Position numbers and translations under genes: made by a program. The notes beneath the pieces were generated by a model, which did no database searches, was not told the DNA's origin, and worked only from the letters and a program-made list of their open reading frames with translations. Source: a virus. Taken from it: a DNA stretch of 64,000 nt. The DNA is taken from IMG/VR virus record IMGVR_UViG_3300027815_000003, positions 126,285-190,284 of that record. One strand, 5' to 3'. Below are positions 32,323-44,799 of this stretch, in pieces (the first letter of the stretch is position 1; each line of letters begins with the position of its first letter).

Positions 32323-35300
32323 GTGAACGAAAAAGAAAAAGAACTATTTAATTTTATAATAGAACAAACAGATAATGGGAAATTTCAATGGACAAAAGAG
32401 GTATATATTACTGAATTGGGGATAACAAGATATATCTATAGATATTTTGACACTCCTTATAAAGATTTTCCAAAAATCATTGCCGAAAAAATTATTACTC
32501 CATTTGGTTTCCCTTGTTACATAAGATTTACAGGCATAATTACTTTGATCCCAGAAAATTTTTCTGAGTTCGCCAGATTAGAACAAGCAATAAAAATGTC
32601 TCTTAATAAAAAAGAAACAGAAGAAATAGATAAGATAATAGGTAAAAATGTTTAATTATTTACAAAGTTACATAAATTCTGGTTATTTTAATCAGCTATA
32701 TCAATTTTCTGGGACATCTTTAATAATAAACTTTTTACAAGAAGATAAATATCTAAATTTTCTTATTTATTTATCTCGTGCGACTGTATATGAAAGTAGT
32801 ATTGGTTCTATTTTAGAACGCATTAAAGAAATAGAAAATATTAAAATAGATGAAAGGTATTCTAATCCATATGATATAGAACTAACAGTTTTAGCCTGGT
32901 TTCTTTATCAAATAAATGATGATTATAAAGAAACGTATGATATAAGTAATATAAAAAATGCAGATATGTTTTATAGTATCATAAGAAAGTTAAGTAAAGA
33001 AAATGAAATTATGCCCACAATGTAAATATAGATTAACTCCCAATAAAGAAAATATTTTCTTTCATAAATACCCACAAAAAGATGAATCAGAATTTGAAAA
33101 GGATAAAAAAGAATATGAATCTAAAGCACAAAACTGTCCATTAAATTATGTCGGAATAAATATTAATTCTCTTGTTCATATTGGTAAATATAAAGAAAAA
33201 AAATTTATAAGTTATAAAAAATATTTAGTAGATTTTGAAAAACGGAGACAAGAAAGTATATCTGGCTATTGGCAACAATTTTTATTAACTTATTTATGTG
33301 AAGAATATCCAGTTCTTATTTATAAAGAACTAGATGTTTATATTAAGGTAAATGAAGAAAATGTAGAATTTTATCTTAATTTACCTAAATGGTCTAAAAG
33401 CGCACAAGATTCTAAAACAAAATCGGCTAACTTTGGTTTTATAACACCAGAAGAAATGAAAATACAATTAAGAAAGACATTAATTAAAATGATATTTGGT
33501 GAAACAAAATTAGAGGAAATTTAAATGAAAATACAAATAATTTGTCCAAATTGTAAAAATAAAGAAGAACAAGAAATAGATAATTATGAATACAACTCAG
33601 ATATCCAAAATTATTATGTAGGATGTGAAGATTGTGGTGAACATCCTGCTTGGAGATGTTCAAACTGCGAAGAAATTTATGATTTAGTTATGAGTTATGA
33701 AGAAATAGAAATAAATAAAAAATGACACATCATTTACTTGTATCACAAATGGTATATCCAGAAAATTCTTCAAAAGAAAATATAAAATACTGGAAAGAAC
33801 AAATAAAAGAATATCATTCTAACTATGCCGAAATAGAAAAAGAATATACATTTATTGAAGATAATTTTGTTTATTATTTTTTAGTAGCCCGTCTTTTTGA
33901 TTTTCCACTAGAAATGGTAGAAAGAGAAGTAGATGAAGATTGGTATTCTTTATTATCAGAAACAATGAAAGAAAAAGTAAAAATAATGAAAGAGGGGAAA
34001 GAAGAGGAATAAATATGGAAACTAAAATAAAGTTTGTACTTATATTTAGTATTTTTATTATTTTACTAATAGGTGTTGGTTTTATATTAGGATATAATAT
34101 TAAAAAAGAAAAAATTATTACTATTAGAGATACACAGGTATTAACAACAACTATTGTAAGAGAGGTACAACCAGTACCACAGCCAGTTAATTGTATAAAA
34201 GGTGAATCCTATTTTTATATAGAAGAACTTGGGTCATTAATAAAATTTGGAGAAACAGAAATATGTGGAGTAAATCTATATACTGGTAATACTGTTGGCC
34301 CTAGTTATGATGAAAAAATTAATAATTTGGAGGAGGAATTGTCAAGATGGAAAGATTGCGCTTTATACCAGTCTTGTAGTAAAGAAATGTTAAGTGAAAA
34401 GAGATAACATCCAATTGACAAAAAGTGTGTGATTTGGTATAATGAATTTTTATAATAACTATAATGAAAGGCGTGATATGAAATGAACAAAATAGCTTAT
34501 TATATATTTGTAATAATTTTTGCGTTGATAACGTGGGGAATGGTATATTTCTTTTTTAAAGAAACACATAATTATTGGTTATTATGGCTTATATTAATCC
34601 CGTTTTTTGTTTATAAGGAGTAATAACGGATATAAGAAGGAGAAAATATCGTGACAATAAATCAATTTATTAAAAAATATCATTACTATAATGTAAAGAC
34701 AAAAGAAGAATGTCTAAAAGAAATAGACCAAATGGAACCAGTTATAGATGAAAACAATAACATAAGAATAATATACCCAGTAAATTTTGGTAATTTGGGT
34801 TGGTGTTTGATATTAGATACTGCTTATGAAGAAATAAAGAAATTAAACATCATATGAACATTAAAAATAAAATTAATTTTATCTAGAGGATATTCTATAT
34901 TATGATATGTGAATTAATATTTTGTCGTAAAAACATAAAATCCGACATAAAAATAATGGATAATAAAGGAAATTTTTATTGTTCTGATTGGTGCAAATTG
35001 TTTGATAATACATTTTTTGATTTTAAATGTAGTCGTCAAGACGAAGAATATAATAACACCATAGCAAAAAATAATAAGTATTTATTAAGAATGCCTACTG
35101 TAAAAGTTTATCATTCTATCCCGAATGAATTATTTGATATCCCAAAAAATGATAGTACAAATAAAGAATTATTTCAGATAGCCATAAATATGGTAGAAAA
35201 CGAACGGGATAAAATCTTGAAAAAAGAAAACTATTCCAAATGGAAAGAAAATAAAGAATGAAAAATAAAGAAATAATAGATTTTTGTAATAAATGGAAAG

Positions 35301-38300
35301 ATGCAAGAGAAGCATTAGATTATATAGAAATGGAAATTTCTTTTGAAGACAATGAAATATTTATAATTCATTTAAAAGTACAAACCGAAAGAATAAATAC
35401 ACAAACTAAACAACTCAAAATTATTCATATTGTAAGGCAAATAAGTAAATATGAGATAGATGGACAAACAGAAATATCAATGTTAGGTTTTCTTGATTTT
35501 ACAATGACTGAAATTTTTAGGGAGTTATTGTTTAGTTGTACACAAAGTTAAAAGATATGAAACAGTTATCCCAAAAAGATATTAAAAAATATTATGAAGA
35601 TATTATTGAAGGTTTCCATTCTGGGATACCAGAATGTTGTATTTTACAATATATTTTAGATTTATCTCATAAACTACAGCCATTAATACAGAGGCAAAAT
35701 ACATTTCCATATCTTATTTTCCCAGACTGGGTTCCTTGTGACAATCATTGCCGTCAATTCATACAATCTGGTTTGCCGCAAAAAATGAAAGAGTTATCTA
35801 AAAATGATTATTTCTTTTGGAATTATAACGAAAAAACCGATAAATTAGATAGAAAGAAGACAATTGAATAAAGAACAATATAAAAATCTAATTACACTTT
35901 ATAATAAATATCACAAAGTTTATGATAATACAATTTTTTATAAAGTTCCGCCATATAAACATGAAACTGGATGGGAAATAACAGAAGAATATATTCAACA
36001 ATCAGTCATAATAGGAAATTATATCTATGAATCGCAACAAAAATGTAATCATAATTATACATTTTATAAAGATTTAAAAGAAACAGCAGCTTATAAAGTA
36101 TATTTTAAAGATATATTTAATTATGGTGATGAATACGAATGCCAAAATTGTTGGAAAATAAGAATATTTTGTAGAAAATCCGATACATTACCTAAAACTT
36201 ATACCACATTTGGTAGTTATGGATATGCATGGCAGTTAGCAATAACAGACCATTATATACAAATAGGAAGTAAAATGGAAAGTAGTTTACCGTATGAACT
36301 AACAAGATATGGTTTTAGCCAAGATTATATATAGAAAGGAAAAAGGAATATGGATAATAAATTAACAGAACAAGAAATAAAAATATTAGATATGTTAGCT
36401 AATGCATGGAATTATTATAATAAATTAGAAGAATATCATCCATCAGACAAGCAAGAATTTACAGAGGGGATACATAGAGCACAAGATATAGTTATGACTA
36501 GATTAGCAGTAAGGGTACATCCAGAATTATTTTATAGAGAAGAGAAATAAAATTACAAATACAGTTTTCCATTTTCCAGGTAATAAGGGTAAATTAGTAG
36601 ATCAGATATTTTCTGTATTACCAGAAGATTGTTCAAAATATAACTATGTAGATTTATTTTTTGGCGGTGGAAATGCATATCTTAATTTACCTAGAACATT
36701 TAAATCCTATTATCTTTCAGATAAATTTGAGATAATTATTAATTTCTTTAATCAACATTTTACAGATAAACAAATAATAGATTTTTTTATTTATGTAGAA
36801 AAAGAATTTGATGTAGCAAATAATAAAGAGGGGTATTATAGATTTAGAGAATACTGGAATCAAAATTACAATAAAAATAGAGAACTAAAGTATATAGGAT
36901 TTCTTATATTAGTAAATTCGTGCATAAATAATATGATTAGATTTGGCCCAAATGGATTAAATCAAAGTTATGGAAATAGAAATATAAAAATAGACGTTTT
37001 ATTATCTGGAATGCATTCTATTAGGCCAAATTCTACTTTTATTGTCTCTGATTTTAGAGATGTAAAATTAGAATCAGATGATTTAGTTTATGCAGATCCA
37101 CCCTATATAGACTGTTTTGATATGTATAAATGGAAATGGGATGAAGAAGACCAACAAAAACTACTAGAAAAACTCTATAAACATCATTTAAATGGAGGAA
37201 AATATATATTAAGTGGATTATCAATAGTAAACGGCGAAGATAATACAAAAAATATAACAATACCAGAAAGTAGAATAATTCCCATTAAAAAATCATATAA
37301 AATAACATCGACAAAAGGAAAAACACGAAAGAATCATCAAGAGATAATAGTTACTAATCTTTAGATTGTATTACAAATTTATAAATAAAGAGGATAAATA
37401 TACTTTAGATACATATGAAAGGAAAGGAAAATAGAAATGATAAAACAAAATGTAAAAGAAAAACTAATTGTAACTAATCCAAAATTTTCCATATTGTGTT
37501 TAATAAATAAACATGAATGGAGGATAGGAAAATATTTTCCCGATGTGGAAGATAAAATTATAAGCAGTATTAGTTTGACCTCACATTTACAATATAGGGA
37601 ATGCAGAATATGTGGAATAGCACAATATAGATTACCATTTAGCGGTAGGATAGAAACAATACGCTATAATGAGAGATAACCTAACCAAAACAAAAAATAA
37701 AAAAAAGAAAGGATAAATGGAAAACAAAGAAGAAAAATTAGATTTTATAGAAGAATATTTAAAAATAACTTCTGAAATAACATCTCTTTTAATAAATATG
37801 ATTGAGGATAATAACAAAAAAAATAATAATATAAAATATTTAGTTTTATTAACACAAAGAGACACTTTATTAAAAGACTATATAGAATATAAAGAGATAT
37901 TACCTAGTTATTTTTTAAAGCCTCTAAACGAAGAAAAACTTATTAAATATATAAAAGATAATATTGATCCAAAAATTTTATAGAAAGTTTAAGCATTTTC
38001 TTAGAAAAAAAATTTTATAGAATCTGAGAGAGATTATAATGATACAATTAAATCAAAAAATAATAAATAATAAAAATGGAGACTGTTTCGGAGCTTGTAT
38101 AGGATCAATACTAGAAATAGAAGATTATCCAAATTTTCATACTGATGGGGACGGAGATTGGTTGACAAAATGGAATAAATGGCTTAAACAATATAATTTA
38201 GGAATTTTTTACGCAGCATTTGGTTCTATTTCATTACCTCATGGATATAGTATAATAAGTGTTGTTTCATCTTTATATCCAGGACTAACACACGCAATAG

Positions 38301-38434
38301 TGAGATATACGGATGGCGAAAACGAAAGGATACAATGGAATCCTAATCCTCTAGATAAAAGAGGAAATAATGTCCCAGTTTCAGACTATAAACTAATATA
38401 TGTATTATATTCTCTTAATCCAAAAATTTTATAA
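32323..38434 (+). other. plus-strand operon of about 17 small hypothetical CDS
   Basis: Abutting track ORFs from 32323 to 38434. No recognisable domains except the MTase. Confidence 0.7.
36552..37364 (+). CDS. Dam-like (D12 class) adenine methyltransferase; frame begins at an ATT codon
   Basis: The frame extends 381 nt 5' of the track ORF: FHFPGNKGKL, YVDLFFGGG, RFGPNGLNQSYG and YADPPY. There is no in-frame ATG before 36933; ATT 36552 follows the upstream TAA. Confidence 0.85.
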   Translation: MTNTVFHFPGNKGKLVDQIFSVLPEDCSKYNYVDLFFGGGNAYLNLPRTFKSYYLSDKFEIIINFFNQHFTDKQIIDFFIYVEKEFDVANNKEGYYRFREYWNQNYNKNRELKYIGFLILVNSCINNMIRFGPNGLNQSYGNRNIKIDVLLSGMHSIRPNSTFIVSDFRDVKLESDDLVYADPPYIDCFDMYKWKWDEEDQQKLLEKLYKHHLNGGKYILSGLSIVNGEDNTKNITIPESRIIPIKKSYKITSTKGKTRKNHQEIIVTNL

Positions 38435-40698
38435 CTAGAAATAACCAAACCAAAACATAAAAATAAGCATTTTCTTGGTAAAAAAATTTTATACAAATTT
38501 ATAGAAAAAAAATTTTATAGAATCTTTCGTACCTGATAGCCCTAATCATCTTCAAATTTGCATCATGGCGTACCATTGTAGAAGATGTCTTATAGATAGC
38601 AAGCTATCAATTTGAAGCTTCAACTTTCGGCACTCTTATAGCTAGTAACTATCAATTTATAGAACAATAGTCCTATAACTTAGAACAATAGAGCTACAAA
38701 CAAAGTGCAAGAAGTTTTGGAAGTTGTAAGACTATTGTTCTACTTGAAACTTGACATAACTAAAAGTTGTAGAACCAGATAACTAAGAGAAGTGCAAGTT
38801 GTATTTTAGAGAAATTCAAATACGGTTTTCGTCTTTCAAGTCAAGCTAATAGTTGTACTATTCGTAGCTAAAGGATGCAAAGTTTTGCATGTATATCATT
38901 TTTTTCCGCATCTGATAAAGCAAATTTGGTGTCCAGTTACGGAAAGCGTAATAGGCACAAGTATTAGAACATTAGTTCTACTTTTCGCCCATAGCATACT
39001 ATTGGTTTAATGTCAAGTATTGACTTCTAAGGAAAAGAAGAGAATAGCATTATTGTTCTAGTCAGTTTCTTGTTATCGGCGCATTGCTGAAAACCTAGCT
39101 TTACAGTGTACCCTAGAACCTAGCTAGAATCGTCTGTACGTGGCTTCTGGTAGGGGATCCCTAGTAATTGTACGTCCAGTGACGCTAGAAGGCCGATTAG
39201 AACAGTGTTATAGCTAGGGAATAAATAGCGCAAGGGTGAAAGAATTAGAACGGACTAACAGTGCGGACATTAGTCCTATTGTTCTAATATGATAGTAGTA
39301 TCCTAAAGCATGATACTAAAGAAAAGTCAATACTTGACTTTTGACAGAAAGTATGGTTTAGAACAGAATTAGAACATAAAGTATAGGTTTGGTATACAGG
39401 TCTATTTTAGGACTATTGTTCGTTGATATTTCAGCTGGAGTATGCGATACTAGGATTATCAAAACAGGAGGTTCTCAATGACAAAGCGGAATGACATTCT
39501 ACGCCCAACGTGGACTGGTAGGGGTTCACGAAGCTTCTATGTGCTAGAGACGAACGGCGAAGCCTTGACAGTGCAACGGTTCAACGTTGCACGGCAGCGC
39601 ACCTATGGTGAAGCCTTTACAACCACGTATGCGGAAATTTCCGCAATGTGGGAACACAACCAGAAGCGACAAGGGGTCGCATCGGCCCCTAGATACGAAG
39701 GCCGATGGGCAGAACGTGCCCAATGGACGCATAATGTCTGGAATCACAATCCAGACCCCGAAGGGGATAACAAAGTCTAATAAACATTATGTCAAGCAAG
39801 CCCTGCCGAATGGCAGGGCTTTTCTTTATTCTCTCTATAGAACAAATGTTCTAATTAATGTTTTTATTTATTAATGCTTCTTTATTGTTTTATGATTAGA
39901 ACAAATGTTCTACTTACTAAAGAACCTTTGGTTACTAAAAGTAATAAACTAATAATGAATAAGCAAGTTACTTTTTATTAGTAGGTGTTATTCTATTAGC
40001 GCCAAACAAAATAAAAGATACTCACCAAAAGTAAGTGACTTATTTATTCTTATTGTCTTACTAAAAGTAAGTTGATTAAACATCAAGAAAAGCGTGTAAA
40101 GTTTTATCTTTACATAATAAAACCAGAACATTAGAGCTATTTTATCTAGTTGACATAATATGCTTGACAATCATTCTTTATTGTGCGCTTGAATAAAGAC
40201 ATCTAAATATGGGATACTAGATACTAAGTTGGGATAAAGAGAAGAACTAAATAGCTAAGATGGGATAGATAGAAACCTCTATATCTAAATTATATCTGGT
40301 AGACGCTAATCAACCATACTAATTAGCCATTTCCTAAATATCCTATCTAATATGCCTAAAATGGGTTAGGACTGTACTAAGTTTTGTAGCTAAAATGCCA
40401 CATATTCGCTAATTAGGGTATCACCCTAGTACCAGTATCACTATGTCTTTTAAAGCCGCTATACAAGGCTTCCTAGATAGGGTAAAAAGCATCCTGGGGA
40501 TCCATATTTAGCTAGTAGGGCGGAAAGCTAGAGAATGATATAAAGGAAATAAATAACCGTATCATAAAGCATAATACTATGGTTTTGTCAATGGGTAAAG
40601 TAAAATTGCTTTTTAGCATGAAAAGATTATAAGGACTATTGTTCTAAAAGATTGTTTTCGTGGTAGTAGAACATTTGTTCTAAACAGAAGATAAAGAG
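38435..40698. other. motif-dense mostly non-coding region at the strand-convergence point
   Basis: Only one credible ORF (39478-39780). Many AGAACAATAG/AGAAC-N4-GTTCT, GTCAA-N3-TTGAC and CTAARWTGGG repeats. Confidence 0.65.
39478..39780 (+). CDS. hypothetical protein in an inverted cassette
   Basis: Track ORF with promoter TTGATA-17-GATACT, GGAGG RBS and the conserved 3' element. Confidence 0.75.
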   Translation: MTKRNDILRPTWTGRGSRSFYVLETNGEALTVQRFNVARQRTYGEAFTTTYAEISAMWEHNQKRQGVASAPRYEGRWAERAQWTHNVWNHNPDPEGDNKV

Positions 40699-40735
40699 AA
40701 GCCCTGCCGAATGGCAGGGCTTGACATAATGTTTA

Positions 40736-40945
40736 TTACTTTACCTTGACTATTACACCTTCTTTCAAGGTGGCTTGCGCGTACCATGTATGCGCTTGTG
40801 GATAGTGTGGCCCTTCAAGGGTAATGTTTCCGTCGGAAGGTTCGTTCCCCCCGAACGGGCCAGGTTGGTATACTGTAACCTTCTTCCCTTCTGCTATAGC
40901 ATCTTTCAATGCCTTCTTGGTCTTGAAATTAGTGCTAGTGTACAT
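40736..40945 (-). CDS. hypothetical protein (MYTSTNFKTKKALK...)
   Basis: GGAAGGGG RBS; own promoter TTGCAT-17-TATTCT and terminator. Confidence 0.75.
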   Translation of the reverse strand: MYTSTNFKTKKALKDAIAEGKKVTVYQPGPFGGNEPSDGNITLEGPHYPQAHTWYAQATLKEGVIVKVK

Positions 40946-41123
40946 GGTTTTGTTTTCCCCTTCCATTTGTGATGCTCTAAGAATACCATAGCTAGGCCCT
41001 GGATGCAATAGAGTCTGGTCTATATCTCCTATAGAATTTATCTATGGAACTATTTAGCCCTATTGTTCTAATTTTGGTTATTTTGAAGGCAGGCCGAATG
41101 GCCTGCCTTGCTTGACATAATGT

Positions 41124-41561
41124 TTATTCTTGATGCGATGCGATATCCCCGCAATCGCATGTATTAATCTCACAGTAATCGGCCCCATCTCTCATACTGT
41201 TCATGTCAAGGTATCCGTTGCGCTTCAAGGTTGCCTTCCTAGTTCGCCCCAGACTGAACAGTTCTGCTAACCAATCCACAGCATCTTTATAGGTATCTGT
41301 GGATCCGAATGAATCATAAAGACAACCATAGCTTCCGTTGCCATAAGTGTAGTGAACAGGATCCTTAGATACATCAGAACCACAGAATTCACAAGGTTCT
41401 AAAGTGTTTCCCATCTCTTGAAGCTTCCCTGCTTCAATCATACTAGCTACCCAATCCTGGTCTGGATAACATTCTTGACAAGCTACATGCTCTACATGGT
41501 CTACATGATACTTAATATTAGGTGTCATTAGCGTTACCCTCTTTGTCCGATGTCTTTTCAC
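41124..41561 (-). CDS. hypothetical Cys-rich protein
   Basis: Track ORF with own TTGACA-17-TATCAT promoter and 3' element. Confidence 0.7.
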   Translation of the reverse strand: MKRHRTKRVTLMTPNIKYHVDHVEHVACQECYPDQDWVASMIEAGKLQEMGNTLEPCEFCGSDVSKDPVHYTYGNGSYGCLYDSFGSTDTYKDAVDWLAELFSLGRTRKATLKRNGYLDMNSMRDGADYCEINTCDCGDIASHQE

Positions 41562-41767
41562 ATCTGCGACAAGAGAATGATAGCATACCTTAGTTCCATT
41601 GTCAACAGTTCTTTTCTATACATTCCATAGATTTTATCTATATGTTGTTATGTCAAGTAGAACAATAGGACTATTTTAGTTATTTGGCATAAATGAAAGT
41701 TTTGCAAACTTTACATAATAAATGAATCCCCTGGGCCTATTACGGTTTCCAGGGGATTCAGGATTAT

Positions 41768-42037
41768 CTAGGCTAGGCCGTTACGACTGGCCCAAAGCAT
41801 TAAGCTAGTCCTATTGTGGATTCCTAGCCTCCGATATATAAAGGACAATTGTGTCGTGATAGTCCTGGGGGATAGTGTAAGTGCTTCCGCTATGTCCTTA
41901 TCTCTCATGCCTTCTGCCACAAGGCGAATAATAGCGATCTGTGACTTTGTGATAGGCTTCCCGAAGAGTTCATCATCTGTTAGTTCTCGGTCTATGTCAA
42001 TGATGTTTTGTCCATTGACAATCACTTGTGCTACCAT
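41768..42037 (-). CDS. stand-alone LuxR/NarL/GerE-type HTH regulator
   Basis: ITKSQIAIIRLVAEGMRDKDIAEALTLSPRTITTQLSFIYRRLGIHNR matches the LuxR HTH pattern. Own TTGACA-17-TATAGT promoter. Confidence 0.9.
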   Translation of the reverse strand: MVAQVIVNGQNIIDIDRELTDDELFGKPITKSQIAIIRLVAEGMRDKDIAEALTLSPRTITTQLSFIYRRLGIHNRTSLMLWASRNGLA

Positions 42038-42237
42038 GTTACCCTCCCGATTTATGATATACTCACTATACAGGAAAATACTTATAATGTCAAGTGTTTT
42101 GTTATTGATCTTTTCTATAGGTGCGATAAAGTTTATCTATGTAAGTCAGCACTTACAGTTAACTAAAGTAGAACAATAGGGCTATTTTTAATTATTTTTA
42201 AGGCGGGCCGAATGGCCCGCCTTGCTTGACATAATGT

Positions 42238-43058
42238 TTATTCTGTTATAAAGGTAAAGGAATCAATCGGGGTAACAACCCCGATACTATCCGTCCAGTA
42301 TACCCATTCCCCATTTCCCTGTTGATTCCATCGGTTCAGGTTGCGAAGCAATGTTTCTTCTGGCCTAACTGAATCAAGCATAACCCTACAGGTGCCAGTT
42401 TCACCCGTCTTGATGTGTCTCCATGAGTAAGGCCAGGTTGTAAACATTGGTTTCTCCTTGATTTGATATTTCTAGTTTACCATTAATCCTAGAGTCTTGT
42501 CAAGAGCTTTGCTCTTGGATTGTTAAAGCAATCGCAAGCCATTGTGAGGAACAAAAGAATAATGCTTCTCGTCAAGGCTTGAAAGCCTGTATTCGTCTGG
42601 TTTTCCATCGCCAGGGGTAGGAATGATAGCGTCTACGCGCAAGGTTAAGAATCCCACCTTGACAAGCTGCCCTGTTACCCACTTTTGTTTGGTGTTGGTA
42701 ATCATTCTCACCCTCCCGATTTGATGTGTTAATCATATCATTAATTTCTTTGGGTGTATATACGTAAATTTACTTAGTTTCTTTTTAGAACAATAGTTGT
42801 GTCTTACATAATGATTATCCGCAATATTTCTATCGCGGATAAGACTGAAACGTATTTTTATGTCAAATCCTCCAGAATATGATAATCCAACCCCTTTACT
42901 TTCCGCCATAGCTGTGCTTGTGCTATGGCTTCTTTCTTTGTATAAAACCACTCACAATAACCAGAGACTTGCTGCCCATCGGTATACATGGTTGCCCACC
43001 AAACTTTACCATACGCACCTTGCTTGATGTGCTCTAGAATAATAACCTTCTTTAGCAT
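42238..43058 (-). other. small cassette CDS (42238-42447, 42523-42711, 42858-43058)
   Basis: Each has its own promoter and GGAG/GAGG RBS. Confidence 0.7.
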
Positions 43059-43224
43059 GGTTGTTTACCTCACTTGATTTGATAGCTAAAGTATATCATT
43101 AATCTTTAGAACATACAATAGAACACCAGGTATAGGTTTGGTATACAAGAAATATAGAACTATTGTTCTAACCTAAAGGTAAAGAGAAGGCGTGCCGAAT
43201 GGCCCGCCTTACTTGACATAATGA

Positions 43225-43257
43225 TTACTTTCGGATGGTACGGGTGCGTTTACCCAT
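43225..43257 (-). CDS. basic micropeptide MGKRTRTIRK
   Basis: GGAAGG RBS; stop is the TAA of the 3' element; homologous to 51537-51572. Confidence 0.5.
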   Translation of the reverse strand: MGKRTRTIRK

Positions 43258-43423
43258 TAACCATCCTTCCTTGCTTTGAATGCTTGCGTACAGCACCCGT
43301 AATCTCCTGTCGGGTATGCCTATCCTTACAGTAGGTAAGCGTTTCGCCCACAAGATAAGGTGCATAACCTACCCTTGCCATAATCGCCTTACCATCCACA
43401 ATACACCGAGGCTTACTTGCCAT
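43250..43423 (-). CDS. hypothetical 57-aa protein (not in track)
   Basis: GGGAAAGGA RBS, ATG..TAA, downstream of a cassette promoter. Confidence 0.65.
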   Translation of the reverse strand: MASKPRCIVDGKAIMARVGYAPYLVGETLTYCKDRHTRQEITGAVRKHSKQGRMVNG

Positions 43424-43528
43424 TTTGTTGTCCTTTCCCGTTTTGACTTGTTACCATCTTAGCATATTTAGTTATTGGTTGCAATACGTAAACGATCCGT
43501 TTCGGATACGTAATTTTACGTAGGTTTT

Positions 43529-43723
43529 TTATCCATACAATGCCTCATAGCATTCCTTGTTACAGACAAGTTTCTTGCTTCCGTTGTAAGCATAAAGCCT
43601 AGTACGGATTTGACCGCACCATTCACACACGCCATAACCATAGAGTAGATCTTTAGCACTGTAGCAGGTTCGGGTATGCTCTTTGTGTGTATAGGGATTT
43701 CCCCAGGTTATAATGGTTGACAT
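43529..43723 (-). CDS. hypothetical Zn-finger protein with a structured 5' leader
   Basis: CEWC...C..EC. The leader stem TGTCAGAAAGT/ACTTTCTGATA precedes it. Confidence 0.65.
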   Translation of the reverse strand: MSTIITWGNPYTHKEHTRTCYSAKDLLYGYGVCEWCGQIRTRLYAYNGSKKLVCNKECYEALYG

Positions 43724-43964
43724 TGTTTCCCTCACTTGTTTTGATTATCAGAAAGTCTTAGAACTACTAAATGTGCGTTTATTTATGTAGTGCGGTAGAC
43801 TTTATGCGACTCGTTCCTCTTGTCACTTTCTGACATTCTTAGTTTACCATAGTTAGGCCCTGTATGCAATACGTAATTCTACTTAGTTTTAATTTAGCTA
43901 CTTTAGTTCTATTGTTCTGATTTTTTAAGGCCGCTCAAAAGAGCGGCCTTGCTTGACATAATGA

Positions 43965-44126
43965 TTATTGGCAGGCTTTGCGAAACTTGGCTTCGCTAAA
44001 AGAGGGATTGTCGGCAGCAAAAACCTGACAAAGGTCATTAAGAAGCATCCCTAAATGTATCTTCCCTGTCGGGTCTGTATTGGTTTTGAGGATTTTAGCT
44101 ATTGCGATATAGTCATTCTTTGTCAT
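43965..44126 (-). CDS. small phage protein MTKNDYIAIAKIL...DNPSFSEAKFRKAC (not in track)
   Basis: GGGAGG RBS; the DNPxF..xKF motif is of a recurrent small phage family; stop lies in the 3' element. Confidence 0.75.
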   Translation of the reverse strand: MTKNDYIAIAKILKTNTDPTGKIHLGMLLNDLCQVFAADNPSFSEAKFRKACQ

Positions 44127-44286
44127 GTGACCCTCCCGTTTGATTTGATACAGTAATCATAACATATCCATTACATTAAGTCCATACGTAAAAATACTTA
44201 GTTTCTTTTTAGAACAATAGCACTACTTTAGTAATTTTACATAATAAATAATCGGGCCAGTGTTTTATTTCTGGCCCGATACCTAA

Positions 44287-44799
44287 TTACTTTGGCTTAT
44301 TCTTTGATCCTGGGGGCCTACCCCTTCCCCTTCCTGTGGGTGCGTATGCCTTTACCGTGCTAGGGTTGCTGCTCTTGCTACCCTTTGGCCTTCCCCTCTT
44401 GCCCTTTGATGTGTTACCAGAGGATACAGACCGCTTGACCTTTACGTCTTCGTGATGTGGCATATCTAGGTTCCCTTCCTCTAAGGGTTCAACGTCTAGG
44501 TTCTGTTCAGCACGAATGGCGGGTGCAGTGTACTTGGAAAAAATAGGGGAAGGGATAAACGCATCTCTGATCCCGCATTCCTCCAGTAGGTTCTTTTCCT
44601 TAAGCCAGAGGAATAAATCCATGATTTTGTTTTGGGCTTCGGGATTCCCCGACAAGTCCCATGTACGGAAGAATGGATTGGATACCCTCGGATATCCAGT
44701 GTCTTCATTCTGTTGGGTAAAATACCCGCTTAGTTTGCAATAGGTTGCTTCAGCCATTTGTTTTACCGCCTCACTTGATTTGATAACTAGAGTATACAC
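44287..44799 (-). CDS. AT-hook-containing protein
   Basis: KRGRPKGS and GRGRGRPPGS at the C-terminus. Confidence 0.7.
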   Translation of the reverse strand: MYTLVIKSSEAVKQMAEATYCKLSGYFTQQNEDTGYPRVSNPFFRTWDLSGNPEAQNKIMDLFLWLKEKNLLEECGIRDAFIPSPIFSKYTAPAIRAEQNLDVEPLEEGNLDMPHHEDVKVKRSVSSGNTSKGKRGRPKGSKSSNPSTVKAYAPTGRGRGRPPGSKNKPK

